A stretch of DNA of 64,000 nucleotides from a virus. Positions within the stretch are counted from its first letter, which is position 1; the number at the start of each line of letters is the position of its first letter. The stretch is from IMG/VR virus record IMGVR_UViG_3300029791_000448, positions 1 through 64,000 of that record; one strand, 5' to 3'. The position numbers and the translations under genes are program-made. Below the pieces are notes generated by a model. That model did not search any database, was not told the DNA's origin, and saw only the letters and a program-made list of their open reading frames with translations. Shown in pieces: positions 37,975 through 46,607 of the stretch.

Positions 37975-39600
37975 TCAAAAAACGATCATGTCACGTTCGT
38001 CGTAGACGCTTCCCTGCTGCTGTCCTTCATTTCGGATACAGCGATCCAGTGCCATGATTGCAGCGACGATACCATCGATCTTCTCCGGCGACTTCGCCTT
38101 TGTCGGCTTGATGTTGCCAGCCGGATCAGTATCCACGACCACATTCCCCGCCATCCATGCCATGACCGGGTTGCCGCCGTGGATGATCCCGCCTTCCATC
38201 AGGAGCTTGTAAAACTCCTTAGTAGGCGGGCTCATATCTTTGAAGCCTTGACCGAAAGGAATGACTGTGAAGCCCATCCCCTCAAGGTTCTGGGTCATCT
38301 GCACCGCTCCCCATCGGTCAAAGGCAATCTCTAAAATGTGATAGGTCTTGCCCAGTTCTTCGATGACCTTTTCGATAAATCCGTAATGGATAACATTGCC
38401 TTCTGTCGCCATCAGGTAGCCCTGCTGGTACCAGACATCATACGGAACGGATGCCCTGCGCACACGCTGGGGGATCGTATCCTCCGGAATCCAGAAGAAT
38501 GGAAGCATGATGTACTTCTCCTCTGGAACTCTGGGCGGGAACATCAGCACAAAAGCCGTAATGTCTCCGGTGCTGGACAAGTCCAGTCCGCCATAACAAT
38601 CACGGCCTTTAAGGGCTTCCAGGTCGATTGGCTGGTTGCCGAGGTTGTAGATGTGTTCCGGGATGAATCTCGTCAGCGAGGACACCCACATATTCAGACG
38701 GAGCTGCTTGAATACATTCTCCTCTGCCGGGTTATCAAGTGCTTCCTGGTACGCATCCCGGACACGCTGAATCTGGATGGTCTGGCCCAATGAGGGATTT
38801 GCCTTATACCAGTTCGCTTCATCGTGCCAGTCATCCTCATCCGTCAGGCCATAGACCACGGGGTAGAAAGTGTGGTCGATCTTACGTCCGGCCAACAGGT
38901 CAAGTGCCTTCATGTGGAGCTCGTAACAGATGCTCTCTTTGTCCGTGCCGGCCGTGGTGATTAAAAAGAACAGAGGCTGTTCACGGGCATCACCGGAACC
39001 TTTGGTAAGGACATCGTAGAGTTTTCGGTTTGGCTGGGCATGAACCTCATCCAGAACAAGACCTGACACGTTCAAGCCGTGCTTCGTACCGACTTCCGCA
39101 GACAGAACTTGGTAGAATCCTGCGTTCCCGTAGTTCACGATTCGCTTCGTAGCTGCCATGATCTTGCACCGTTTCAAAAGTGCCGGGGTCATCTGCACCA
39201 TCTGATGGGCGACATCAAAGACAATGGATGCCTGCTGGCGGTCAGCTGCAGCACCATAGACTTCGGCAGAAGGCTCATTATCGGCAAAAAGCAGATACAG
39301 AGCCACCGCAGCGGCAAGCTCAGACTTGCCGTTTTTCTTACCGATTTCGACATAAGCCGTGCGGAACTGACGGTTTCCTCTCTCGTCCACGATGCCGAAC
39401 ACATCCCGGATGATCTGCTCCTGCCAAGGAAGCAGCCAGAACCGCTTGCCTGCCCATTTGCCTTTGGTATGGCGCAGGTTCTCAATAAAGGTCACCGCCC
39501 GGTCTGCTTTGGCGGCATCGTAGTGGCAGGTCGGAAGCATGAACCGGCTGGGTTTGTAGTCCTTCAGTTTCGGATAGTTTTTCGGTCTGCACTCTGCCAT
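37975..39600 (-). CDS. Terminase large subunit (Terminase_1 family), 541 aa
   Basis: ATPase Walker motifs (GKKNGKSE; LVLDEVH) and a C-terminal nuclease domain. Confidence 0.9.
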   Translation of the reverse strand: MAECRPKNYPKLKDYKPSRFMLPTCHYDAAKADRAVTFIENLRHTKGKWAGKRFWLLPWQEQIIRDVFGIVDERGNRQFRTAYVEIGKKNGKSELAAAVALYLLFADNEPSAEVYGAAADRQQASIVFDVAHQMVQMTPALLKRCKIMAATKRIVNYGNAGFYQVLSAEVGTKHGLNVSGLVLDEVHAQPNRKLYDVLTKGSGDAREQPLFFLITTAGTDKESICYELHMKALDLLAGRKIDHTFYPVVYGLTDEDDWHDEANWYKANPSLGQTIQIQRVRDAYQEALDNPAEENVFKQLRLNMWVSSLTRFIPEHIYNLGNQPIDLEALKGRDCYGGLDLSSTGDITAFVLMFPPRVPEEKYIMLPFFWIPEDTIPQRVRRASVPYDVWYQQGYLMATEGNVIHYGFIEKVIEELGKTYHILEIAFDRWGAVQMTQNLEGMGFTVIPFGQGFKDMSPPTKEFYKLLMEGGIIHGGNPVMAWMAGNVVVDTDPAGNIKPTKAKSPEKIDGIVAAIMALDRCIRNEGQQQGSVYDERDMIVF

Positions 39601-40079
39601 CAGCTTCCACCTCCTCCCAGCAGATTCTCCATTTCATCGGCTGCGTCCGCGGGACCGCCGTCCGAAGCAATGATCCGGCTTCGGGAGGACGGGGTCAGAC
39701 CGAACTGCTCTGCGAACTTGTTCATGATCTTCAGATAAGTCTGGGCGATAGATACCTGCGGCACTTGTTGCCAATACCCGGATGGGGTCTTGACGATGGT
39801 GCCATGCTGGGTGATGAACTCCTCCGCCTCTTTCCATCGGGCATACGCTTGACAATAACCGGCAAAGGCAGCCATATCTACTTCGGTCAGGATGCCGATG
39901 GCTTCCATCTGTTTGGCAAGTCTGCGCCATTCTTTCTTTGCTTCCGGCTCCAGCCACTTCGGACAGGCCGGTGCTTTCTTGTTGGGCTTCGGTTCACTGG
40001 TATTCAGCGGATGCTTGCCCGGATTGCCTTCCAGTTCCTTCATGGCGGTCGGCTTTGGTTTTCTGCCTCTGGTAGCCAT
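39600..40079 (-). CDS. Terminase small subunit (P27 family), about 159 aa
   Basis: Start MATRGRKPKP at 40079. N-terminal basic DNA-binding region. Overlaps the TerL start. Confidence 0.75.
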   Translation of the reverse strand: MATRGRKPKPTAMKELEGNPGKHPLNTSEPKPNKKAPACPKWLEPEAKKEWRRLAKQMEAIGILTEVDMAAFAGYCQAYARWKEAEEFITQHGTIVKTPSGYWQQVPQVSIAQTYLKIMNKFAEQFGLTPSSRSRIIASDGGPADAADEMENLLGGGGS

Positions 40080-40105
40080 TGGCTTCCCCTCCCTTCTGCA
40101 AAAAT

Positions 40106-40140
40106 GGGTAAAGAAAAAGGACCTCCGAAGAAGTCCTTGA
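40106..40140 (-). terminator. Putative terminator separating the accessory array from the late operon
   Basis: Minus-strand hairpin AAGGACUUCUUCGGAGGUCCUU followed by UUUUCUUU, just upstream of the terminase small-subunit RBS. Confidence 0.4.
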
Positions 40141-40270
40141 AATATCATTTTCCCAAACGGGAAACTTTTCCGTATGAATAGTAAATAGTTTCCCATTTCG
40201 GCAATTTTATATAAAACACATCAGATACGAGGCACAGCCCCTTTTCGGGGCGTGTACCTTTTGGGTGCTG

Positions 40271-40648
40271 TTATGCGTTGGGGTTGGCTTCCTTCCAAGC
40301 CTCGTATTCATCGACCAGCTCCGCTTCCTCGATGACCTGCCAGACGCTGCAGAAGCGGCTTCTTTGCTGCTCGATCTCCGCTGCTGTCCAGTCTTCCGGC
40401 TTGCGGCTCATGTCGTGGTAGGCATCCATCTCCGCTTTCGTCCGGAAGAAAAGGATCTGCTTCAGCTTCAGCGTTTCCTCGTTGTTCCGCAGGCTGTACC
40501 GCCTGTCCTCTGCCGCCCTGCAAAGGCTTCCGAGGTCGTTGCAGCTGAGGGTCATGTCCTGCTTGAAGGCGATCTCGATGCCGATTAGCTTCTTCTCGGT
40601 GTCGGCTTCCTGAATGTTCTTAAGGTAGGTTTTTGCTTTGTTCGTCAT
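40271..40648 (-). CDS. Hypothetical protein, about 125 aa
   Basis: Start MTNKAKTYLK directly after a copy of the promoter/UTR repeat and its GGAGGA RBS. Confidence 0.5.
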   Translation of the reverse strand: MTNKAKTYLKNIQEADTEKKLIGIEIAFKQDMTLSCNDLGSLCRAAEDRRYSLRNNEETLKLKQILFFRTKAEMDAYHDMSRKPEDWTAAEIEQQRSRFCSVWQVIEEAELVDEYEAWKEANPNA

Positions 40649-40654
40649 GGTCTG

Positions 40655-40755
40655 TATCCTCCGTGTGTTTTGTTTTCCGTAGGGCTTTCCCCTTCGTTGT
40701 GACTGTATATTACCGTCACTGCCGGATACTATCAAGCGGCTATGCTGCACGATCA
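40655..40755 (-). repeat. Promoter/5'UTR repeat copy 1 (minus-strand TTGATA-17-TAATAT, then ACCGAAAGGG...GGAGGA RBS)
   Basis: Plus-strand core ..CCCTTCG..GACTGTATATTACCGTCAC..CTATCAAGCGGCTA..CACGATC. Confidence 0.6.
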
Positions 40756-40847
40756 TACACACCTCTTTTTGTCGGATTTATGTGTATTTCCATACTGAAA
40801 GAATCCGCCACTACGAGCAAAAGCTCCCGAAGGAGCTCTGCCCTTTT

Positions 40848-41132
40848 TCAGTGTGCGTTCCTGATGCACCACTCGATTGCGTGACCAGCATCCGTGTAGG
40901 TCTCATCGGAAATCTTCAGAAGTTCCAGCCGGCACTCAATCGGTGACCAGCCTTCCTCCGGATCTTCCACAAAGCCGTATACCGCTCCCTCCAGCATGCC
41001 GTTCCAGTTCATCTGGGCAACCAGAACCCGGTCACCGAACTGCATGATGCTGTCGTAGCAAGGTCTGAGTCGGTCGTAGAAGCTCTCGATGCTGATGTTG
41101 TTTTCCGGGAAGTCGATCAAATGCTTTTTCAT
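40848..41132 (-). CDS. Hypothetical protein, 94 aa
   Basis: ORF preceded by a promoter-repeat copy and RBS. Confidence 0.5.
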   Translation of the reverse strand: MKKHLIDFPENNISIESFYDRLRPCYDSIMQFGDRVLVAQMNWNGMLEGAVYGFVEDPEEGWSPIECRLELLKISDETYTDAGHAIEWCIRNAH

Positions 41133-41149
41133 GGTGAATTCCTCCGTGT

Positions 41150-41245
41150 TTTCGTTTTTTCCTTGGGGCTTTTCCCTTTCGGTATGTGCATATTACCGTC
41201 AGGTGCAAAGGATAGCAAGCAGCTAAAGTACACGATCTTCCGTCT
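41150..41245 (-). repeat. Promoter/5'UTR repeat copy 2
   Basis: TTTCCCTTTCGGTATGTGCATATTACCGTCAGGTGC...GATAGCAAGCAGCTAAAGTACACGATC. Confidence 0.6.
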
Positions 41246-41267
41246 GGAATACCAAGCAGAATGTACA

Positions 41268-41474
41268 TCACTCTGCATCCTGCTCCATGAGTTCCACAAT
41301 GGTGTCGTAGAAGAACTGCGGGTCATATGCCAGCGGTTCCCGTCCGGCTTCCTTATCCATCCTGATCTGGTCTTCCACCATATCCTCGGCATCCTCCAGC
41401 GTGAAGGCATCCTTATCGCTGTCATCCATGTGGTTGTAGATTTCCACGATGACATCCATCATCCGCTCTTCCAT
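41268..41474 (-). CDS. Small acidic protein, about 68 aa
   Basis: Start MEERMMDV. Acidic, D/E-rich. Confidence 0.45.
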   Translation of the reverse strand: MEERMMDVIVEIYNHMDDSDKDAFTLEDAEDMVEDQIRMDKEAGREPLAYDPQFFYDTIVELMEQDAE

Positions 41475-41601
41475 GTGCTTCTCCTTTCTGGCGCATCCAC
41501 GCCGCCACATCTTCCCCTGTGCGGGGCGTTGTCGGTTCATTCGGACGTTTTGCCACCCGTGGCACAAGCCCCTGTGTGGGGCTGTGTCGGGGGCTGCTGG
41601 T

Positions 41602-41793
41602 TTATCTGGTCATCCGTCCCAGCAGGTAGGCTTCCTCCATTGCTTTTTGGATGCCCCAGACCGGAACCTCAATGAAGTCCTCGCTGTCATTGTCGCGGGC
41701 TTCGAGGTCGCCCCGGCTGTCTACCGCTGCCATCAGGCGCTTGGCGATCTCCAGCAGGGCTTTTTCCTCTTCCTTGGTGATGTTCTTCTTCAT
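41602..41793 (-). CDS. Hypothetical small protein, 63 aa
   Basis: Preceded by promoter-repeat copy 3 and an RBS. Confidence 0.45.
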   Translation of the reverse strand: MKKNITKEEEKALLEIAKRLMAAVDSRGDLEARDNDSEDFIEVPVWGIQKAMEEAYLLGRMTR

Positions 41794-41799
41794 AGTGGT

Positions 41800-41880
41800 T
41801 TCCTCCGTTTTTCTTGGTTTTCCCTTTCGGTATGTGCATATTACCGTCTATGTCACACACTATCAAGCGGCTATACTACA
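41800..41880 (-). repeat. Promoter/5'UTR repeat copy 3
   Basis: TTTTCCCTTTCGGTATGTGCATATTACCGTCTATG...CTATCAAGCGGCTATACTACAC. Confidence 0.6.
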
Positions 41881-41963
41881 CAAATATGTTCCCCCGGAAC
41901 TGTGCGTATTACGGCAGAAGAAAAGGGCCGCCGTTTCCGGCAAGCCCCATGTGTTTCTCTGGC

Positions 41964-42413
41964 TTAGTAGTCTTCGTCGTCCTCGTAATCTTCCTCTTCG
42001 TCCCAGTCATCTTCCTCTTCATCCCAGCTGTCATCCTGGTCTTCTTCCTCATCTTTGAAGTCCCACATATCTTCAGTCGGCTGGTTTCTAAGGTCTGGGT
42101 TCTGCTCGACATAGTCGGCAACCGCTCCGCAAAGGATGTCCAGGACCTTTTCGTAGGCTTCCTCGCTGTAGACTGCCCAGGCATCTGCAGTCAGCTTTGC
42201 GATTTTGTCGTTGCCCTTGACTCCAAGGAACCGCCCTGCAGGGTTGCAGGTTTCCTTGCCATAGCCGATGCCCAGCTGGTCGCCGTCGTTGTAAAAGCGG
42301 TATCCGATGCGGCTCATTGCCCTTACCAGCTCCCCTGCGAGGCTGCCTGCCTTGCCCGTCTCCGGTACCAGTTCCTTGAAAAGTTTATTGATGCGTTCTT
42401 CGTTCTTCGTCAT
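41964..42413 (-). CDS. Protein with extremely acidic C-terminal tail (DEEEDQDDSWDEEEDDWDEEEDYEDDEDY), about 149 aa
   Basis: Start MTKNEERINKL after repeat copy 4. The tail is DNA-mimic-like in composition. Confidence 0.5.
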   Translation of the reverse strand: MTKNEERINKLFKELVPETGKAGSLAGELVRAMSRIGYRFYNDGDQLGIGYGKETCNPAGRFLGVKGNDKIAKLTADAWAVYSEEAYEKVLDILCGAVADYVEQNPDLRNQPTEDMWDFKDEEEDQDDSWDEEEDDWDEEEDYEDDEDY

Positions 42414-42424
42414 TGTCGTATCCT

Positions 42425-42505
42425 CCGTTTTTGTTGTTTTTCCCTTTCGGTGACTGTATATTACCGTCACCTCGGAGCACTATCAAGCGGCTAAACTACA
42501 CGATC
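42425..42505 (-). repeat. Promoter/5'UTR repeat copy 4
   Basis: TTTTTCCCTTTCGGTGACTGTATATTACCGTCACCTCGGAGCACTATCAAGCGGCTAAACTACACGATC. GTGAC..GTCAC inverted repeat around the -10 box. Confidence 0.6.
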
Positions 42506-42615
42506 ATTCAATCCTGTAATTGTCATATTTATGTGCTTTTCATGCCAGCTTTCGGAAGACAGACACGAGCAAAAGGCTGGTCATTTCCAGCCCCTTGCGC
42601 CTGTCGGTCTTGCCT

Positions 42616-42876
42616 TTAGCGGATGATTTCAAGGTAGCTTACGTTGCCCCAGCAGTCCGTTCCCTTGAAGCGGATGCGATTTTCGTTCTCCCTGTCGAGG
42701 GTGAATTTCCGCAGGTGCTTCATCTTCTGGATGCGGTTCAGAAGGTCCTTGCCGTTCTTCGCATCCTCAACGGCATCCCTGATCTCGACCACCGCGCTGT
42801 CGCTTCCGTACCAGAGGTTGCTGAGTGCCTCTGGGATTCCGTTCGCAAGGTAAAGGTTGATTTTTGTGTAGATCAT
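42616..42876 (-). CDS. Hypothetical protein, 86 aa
   Basis: Intact ORF co-oriented with the 42892..43098 gene. Confidence 0.45.
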   Translation of the reverse strand: MIYTKINLYLANGIPEALSNLWYGSDSAVVEIRDAVEDAKNGKDLLNRIQKMKHLRKFTLDRENENRIRFKGTDCWGNVSYLEIIR

Positions 42877-42891
42877 TGTATTTTCCTCCTC

Positions 42892-43098
42892 TCAAAATGT
42901 CATCGTTTCCAGAATCTCATCCGTGGCTGTCTCCCAGTCGTGGCGGCTAAGTTCGATTTTGCTGTACATCTCTGCACTGTCTGGCTCATCGAAAAGCCGG
43001 AAGCATTCTCTTGCCAGCTCCTCGCTTGTGTGCTGCTGGATTTCATCTGGCTGTCCATCCAGCCGTGTAAAGGTGATTTCGTAAGTGTAGCGTTCCAT
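42892..43098 (-). CDS. Hypothetical small acidic protein, 68 aa
   Basis: Directly downstream of promoter-repeat copy 5. Confidence 0.45.
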   Translation of the reverse strand: MERYTYEITFTRLDGQPDEIQQHTSEELARECFRLFDEPDSAEMYSKIELSRHDWETATDEILETMTF

Positions 43099-43099
43099 G

Positions 43100-43180
43100 T
43101 TCTTTGCCCCTTTCGTTTTGGTAGCTGTATATTACCGTCACTGCCGGATACTATCAAGCGGCTAAACTACACGATCATCT
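43100..43180 (-). repeat. Promoter/5'UTR repeat copy 5
   Basis: CCCCTTTCGTTTTGGTAGCTGTATATTACCGTCACTGCCGGATACTATCAAGCGGCTAAACTACACGATC. Confidence 0.6.
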
Positions 43181-43237
43181 GCACCCTGATCTGGTGGATT
43201 TATGTGTTTATCCGGGGAGGTTTCCCTCCCCATTTTC

Positions 43238-43414
43238 TTAGCTGAACATCTCTGCTGTGTCATCGTCGATCCAAAGGTGCATGCCGTCTGCTTCCATGAT
43301 CGCGTGGTCTTCATGAACCTCGGTGATGATTCCTTCCCGGCTTCCGCTTCCATCGAATTCGTTCCAGTGCCATGTTGTCTTTCTCCCTTTTTTCCATGTT
43401 CTCCAATCAGCCAT
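43238..43414 (-). CDS. Hypothetical small protein, about 58 aa
   Basis: Start MADWRTWKKGRK after promoter-repeat copy 6. Confidence 0.4.
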   Translation of the reverse strand: MADWRTWKKGRKTTWHWNEFDGSGSREGIITEVHEDHAIMEADGMHLWIDDDTAEMFS

Positions 43415-43419
43415 TCTGC

Positions 43420-43500
43420 TGTCCTCCTTTGCTTTTTGTAGCTGTATATTACCGTCACCGCCCTGTGATAGCAAGGCCATAAAACGTCATATTATCAACG
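43420..43500 (-). repeat. Promoter/5'UTR repeat copy 6 (variant B: TTGCTA -35)
   Basis: TGTAGCTGTATATTACCGTCACCGCCCTGTGATAGCAAGGCCAT. Confidence 0.55.
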
Positions 43501-43623
43501 ATCTTTGCCCCTCATGTTTGGTACATATATGACCCCTGATTGACTTGCTATATATGTGTTTCTGCGGCATTATACACACAACGAAAGCAAAGAAAACCAA
43601 ACCAAAAACGGAGGACAAAAACC

Positions 43624-43875
43624 ATGAAAAAGACCATTACAGAAGTTGAAACCGCAATCGAAAACCGCATCGCAGAGCTTGAAGAAGAATACGAGCTGGA
43701 CATTTACGACCGCAACGACATCCGGGAAGAAGAATACCAGAAAGCCGGATGGCGACACGACCCTTTCCCAGAGGAGCTTGAGGAAGAGGACGAAGAAGAG
43801 GAAGAGGATTGGCACTACCACAGTATGGAGGAACGACTGAACGAGGTCGGCATGAGCATGAGGGATTTCTTCTAA
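43624..43875 (+). CDS. Small highly acidic protein (EELEEEDEEEEEDW), 83 aa
   Basis: ATG with AACGGAGGA RBS. The only plus-strand gene in the accessory array. Followed by hairpin CCCCAGC..GCTGGGG at about 43893..43910. Confidence 0.55.
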   Translation: MKKTITEVETAIENRIAELEEEYELDIYDRNDIREEEYQKAGWRHDPFPEELEEEDEEEEEDWHYHSMEERLNEVGMSMRDFF

Positions 43876-43989
43876 GGAATCCCCCAGAGGCTCCCCAGCG
43901 GAGGCTGGGGCTCTGCCTCGTATCCCCGGTTTTGGTTTGGTATGATACACAAAACCGCTGCCAGATGTTTGTGTACATTATGGCGGCGG

Positions 43990-44030
43990 TTCTCCTTGCT
44001 ATCGTTGCTTTCCAGAGGTAATATACAGTA
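43990..44030 (+). repeat. Inverted copy of the promoter repeat, giving a plus-strand TTGCTA-17-TAATAT promoter
   Basis: TTGCTA at 43996..44001 and TAATAT at 44019..44024, with ..GGTAATATACAG.. This is the reverse orientation relative to all other copies. Confidence 0.5.
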
Positions 44031-44036
44031 AACTGG

Positions 44037-44326
44037 AAGGGGGTTCTCATTCTTTTGAGGCTCCCATTTTCCGTCTAATCGGCTTCGCCCCGTATTGCCT
44101 GATGCATCACCCTGCGGTTATGCGCTCTGGCTTTCTTTTTCAGGTCCCTTTTCCATCTGCGGATGGTCACCGCCTTGCAGTGATTTCTCGACCATTCGTA
44201 TTCATCCAGAATGTATCTGCCGCTGTGTTCCCTCTCGCCATAAGCAGGCATCTTTCTGTGTCCCATAAGCTCCTCCTGTTAAACCAAGCCCTCCCGGTCT
44301 TTTCTGACCGAGAGGGTATTTTTTCT
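44037..44326 (+). ncRNA. Putative cis-antisense RNA (~290 nt) covering the minus-strand 44075..44266 gene
   Basis: Bounded by the plus-strand promoter at 43996..44024 and a plus-strand intrinsic terminator at 44289..44326 (CCCTCCCGG-N10-CCGAGAGGG plus TATTTTTTCT). No plus-strand RBS or plausible ORF. Confidence 0.35.
44075..44266 (-). CDS. Small protein with strongly basic C-terminal half, 63 aa
   Basis: Strong GGAGGAG RBS. The tail RRWKRDLKKKARAHNRRVMHQAIRG is highly basic. Fully overlapped by the predicted antisense transcript. Confidence 0.45.
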   Translation of the reverse strand: MGHRKMPAYGEREHSGRYILDEYEWSRNHCKAVTIRRWKRDLKKKARAHNRRVMHQAIRGEAD

Positions 44327-44338
44327 AATTGCAGTATC

Positions 44339-44710
44339 TTATTCCGGCTTCGTTCCATCATCCATCTGGATGACTGCCATCTGCCCAAACATGCTGACGA
44401 ATGCCTCCGGCACCCAGAACCGTTCCCTGAATTTCCGGATGAGGTCCTGGGGCAGCTCTGCGAAATCTTCCTCTCCCAGTCCACAGATGAAGAAGTTTCC
44501 CTTGATGGGCTGCTCCAGCTCCGGGATGTACCTGCTGAATGACTTCTCGGTGAACAGCCCATTGTCATCGGTGACCAGGGCAGCGCGTTCTTCCCACGGG
44601 TATGTGGCTGTGATGCAGTCGCAGTCGAGGATGCGGTAGAACTCTTTCAGGGAGTTTTCAATGTCCACCACCTGCGGATGCTCCATCGGTTTGATCAGAA
44701 GGACTTTCAT
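44339..44710 (-). CDS. DUF3846-like protein, about 123 aa
   Basis: Start MKVLLIKPMEHPQVVDIENSLKEF, the typical DUF3846 opening. Overlaps the upstream gene by ATGA. Confidence 0.55.
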   Translation of the reverse strand: MKVLLIKPMEHPQVVDIENSLKEFYRILDCDCITATYPWEERAALVTDDNGLFTEKSFSRYIPELEQPIKGNFFICGLGEEDFAELPQDLIRKFRERFWVPEAFVSMFGQMAVIQMDDGTKPE

Positions 44711-45174
44711 TCGACCCAGCCCCCTTTTACGATTGCCCAGTCTGCAAGCTGCATCTTCTGCTGTCCACCCCATGCAATGTCCTCTAACGCTTCCTCCGTT
44801 CCGCAGCGGTTGCAGATCTGGATGTCTGCCCTTCGGCTGAGTGCCTGCTGCTGATGGTCGTAGCAGTCGGGCTTTGCTCCGCACCTGGGGCAACGTGGGC
44901 CGGTCTGTCGCGTTTTACCAAGGCGGTCGAGCGACACCTTGACCTCGGCATCCGTTGCCACACGGTGGCAACTGTCCGCACCGTAGGCAACGTTCAGATG
45001 GCTTCCGGTATCCCAGCTCACTAAGATGTTTCCGGCATCATCGACCCCGTTGCAGGTTCCCTGCGTTCCGATGGACGGTGCCTGCCTGTCATCCATCTCA
45101 TCGAGGACGATCCGGCATCCGACCGGGAACTCTTTTCTCAACTTCTTGACCGTTTTCTGATCTGCGAAATTCAT
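44707..45174 (-). CDS. DUF4314 domain protein with C-terminal Cys-rich (zinc-ribbon-like) region, about 155 aa
   Basis: LRKEFPVGCRIVLDEMDD...GTCNGVDDAGNILVSWDTGSHLNVAYG core, then CPRCG...CNRCG motifs. Confidence 0.6.
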   Translation of the reverse strand: MNFADQKTVKKLRKEFPVGCRIVLDEMDDRQAPSIGTQGTCNGVDDAGNILVSWDTGSHLNVAYGADSCHRVATDAEVKVSLDRLGKTRQTGPRCPRCGAKPDCYDHQQQALSRRADIQICNRCGTEEALEDIAWGGQQKMQLADWAIVKGGWVE

Positions 45175-45650
45175 GCCTGCGCCTCCTCGATCATCTTCTG
45201 GGCGGCATCTTTGTCCATGCATTCCTTCAGCGCACCTTCGAGGATGTGCATCGGGAAGCGGAATGCCTTGTAGCCGTCATGCAGGACTTTGTAGTAATAC
45301 CGGCTCGGTGCGCGGTGTCCGAAGTCGTTCTCCATAATGTAAACCATTGCGGTCACCATCTCCGGATCTGTCCCTTCCCGGAGCAGTTCAATGTTCAGGT
45401 CTTCCTTGCGGTAGTAGTTCGGGTAGCCCTCATAGAGGTCGAGGTTTCCTTCGTCCCTTTCCGAGATCTCCCACACCAGAACCGGCGTGTTCTTCTTCGG
45501 GTTCGGTGCGATGGTAGCGCAGCCGCGGAACAAAAGCTCCCAGCCGGCCAGCACCGCCTGTCCTGCAATTTTTGCATCAGGACACCGGTATGCCATCTGC
45601 TCCACCGACAGGTTGCTGCCGTAGGCGATGTAATATTTCTTGTTCTTCAT
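45171..45650 (-). CDS. Gamma-glutamyl cyclotransferase-like (AIG2/GGCT fold) protein 1, about 159 aa
   Basis: N-terminal YYIAYGSNL...RCP signature of the GGCT/AIG2-like fold. Start MKNKKYY. Confidence 0.7.
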   Translation of the reverse strand: MKNKKYYIAYGSNLSVEQMAYRCPDAKIAGQAVLAGWELLFRGCATIAPNPKKNTPVLVWEISERDEGNLDLYEGYPNYYRKEDLNIELLREGTDPEMVTAMVYIMENDFGHRAPSRYYYKVLHDGYKAFRFPMHILEGALKECMDKDAAQKMIEEAQA

Positions 45651-45780
45651 TTGAATCTCTCCCTTCGGTTTTCTCCGCTCTTGTCTTGCGGTATGGTATA
45701 TATCACTCTTCTGCCCTGATTTATCAAGGCCTATGAGCATCATATACTGCACAATGTTTTTTGCTTTTGATCGTGTATTC

Positions 45781-46311
45781 TTACATCATCTGCTGCTTCT
45801 TCAGATACCGGATGGCTTCTGCCCTTCCGATACTGGCTGCCAGTCCACGCTTCAGTGTGTCCAGCGGAAATTCCCAGTCGCTGTATCCGCCACGCAGCAG
45901 TTCAAAATACTCGGCATCCGGGCAGCCAAGCTGTCTGTCCTCGTGCATCACATAGGCCATGCAGTTCTTCGGCTTCTTCATGCGGTTGCCGTTCATGTTC
46001 CAGATGGGAAGCTGGAACTGCTTTTTGTAGTAGTACCGTGGGAAGCCCTCGTACCGGTCCAGCAAAAGTTCATCATATTCTGAGAGTTTCCAAACCACGG
46101 CCGGTACACTTTCGTTGGCATCCTGCTCGATGGTTGCGTAGCTTCCGGTCTTGCTCTTCTTGAACAAAAGCCGATAGCCGTAAATCTCGGTCACACCGAC
46201 TGGCACTGCGTAGGGGCATCTCCGCCCCATCCGTTCCATGTCGAGGTTACTTCCGTAGGCAAGGTAGAACTTCGATGGTGTCCGGCTGATGAGTTCAAAC
46301 CGTTCATTCAT
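45781..46311 (-). CDS. Gamma-glutamyl cyclotransferase-like (AIG2/GGCT fold) protein 2, about 176 aa
   Basis: FYLAYGSNLDMERMGRRCP signature. Paralog of the preceding gene. Confidence 0.7.
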   Translation of the reverse strand: MNERFELISRTPSKFYLAYGSNLDMERMGRRCPYAVPVGVTEIYGYRLLFKKSKTGSYATIEQDANESVPAVVWKLSEYDELLLDRYEGFPRYYYKKQFQLPIWNMNGNRMKKPKNCMAYVMHEDRQLGCPDAEYFELLRGGYSDWEFPLDTLKRGLAASIGRAEAIRYLKKQQMM

Positions 46312-46540
46312 CCAAACCACCGTCCTCCCTGCCCGTGAATTCCACGCCTTGAAAATCTTCTGTTCCCAGCTCAATCTGGCTGTCCTGCCACCAGTCCTCT
46401 GCCACACGCTGGGCTTCCTCGACGGTCGGCTCTTTCATTTCGGATTCGTAAACTGTGATGGTTCTCTGGTAGGTTTCAGTGATGGTCACCTTAAAGGCTC
46501 TGCCACCCGGTGTGTTTTCATTTTTTAACGTGCTTTTCAT
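46304..46540 (-). CDS. DpnD/PcfM-like small protein, 78 aa
   Basis: KVTITETYQRTITVYESEMKEPTVEEAQRVAEDWW...GVEFTG matches the PcfM/DpnD-like pattern of conjugative-element and phage accessory regions. Confidence 0.55.
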   Translation of the reverse strand: MKSTLKNENTPGGRAFKVTITETYQRTITVYESEMKEPTVEEAQRVAEDWWQDSQIELGTEDFQGVEFTGREDGGLDE

Positions 46541-46607
46541 AAACCTGCACCTCCTTCTACCACCTCAAGGGCGGTTGCCCGCCCAAAAGGTGCCCGTGCA
46601 TCCCAGC

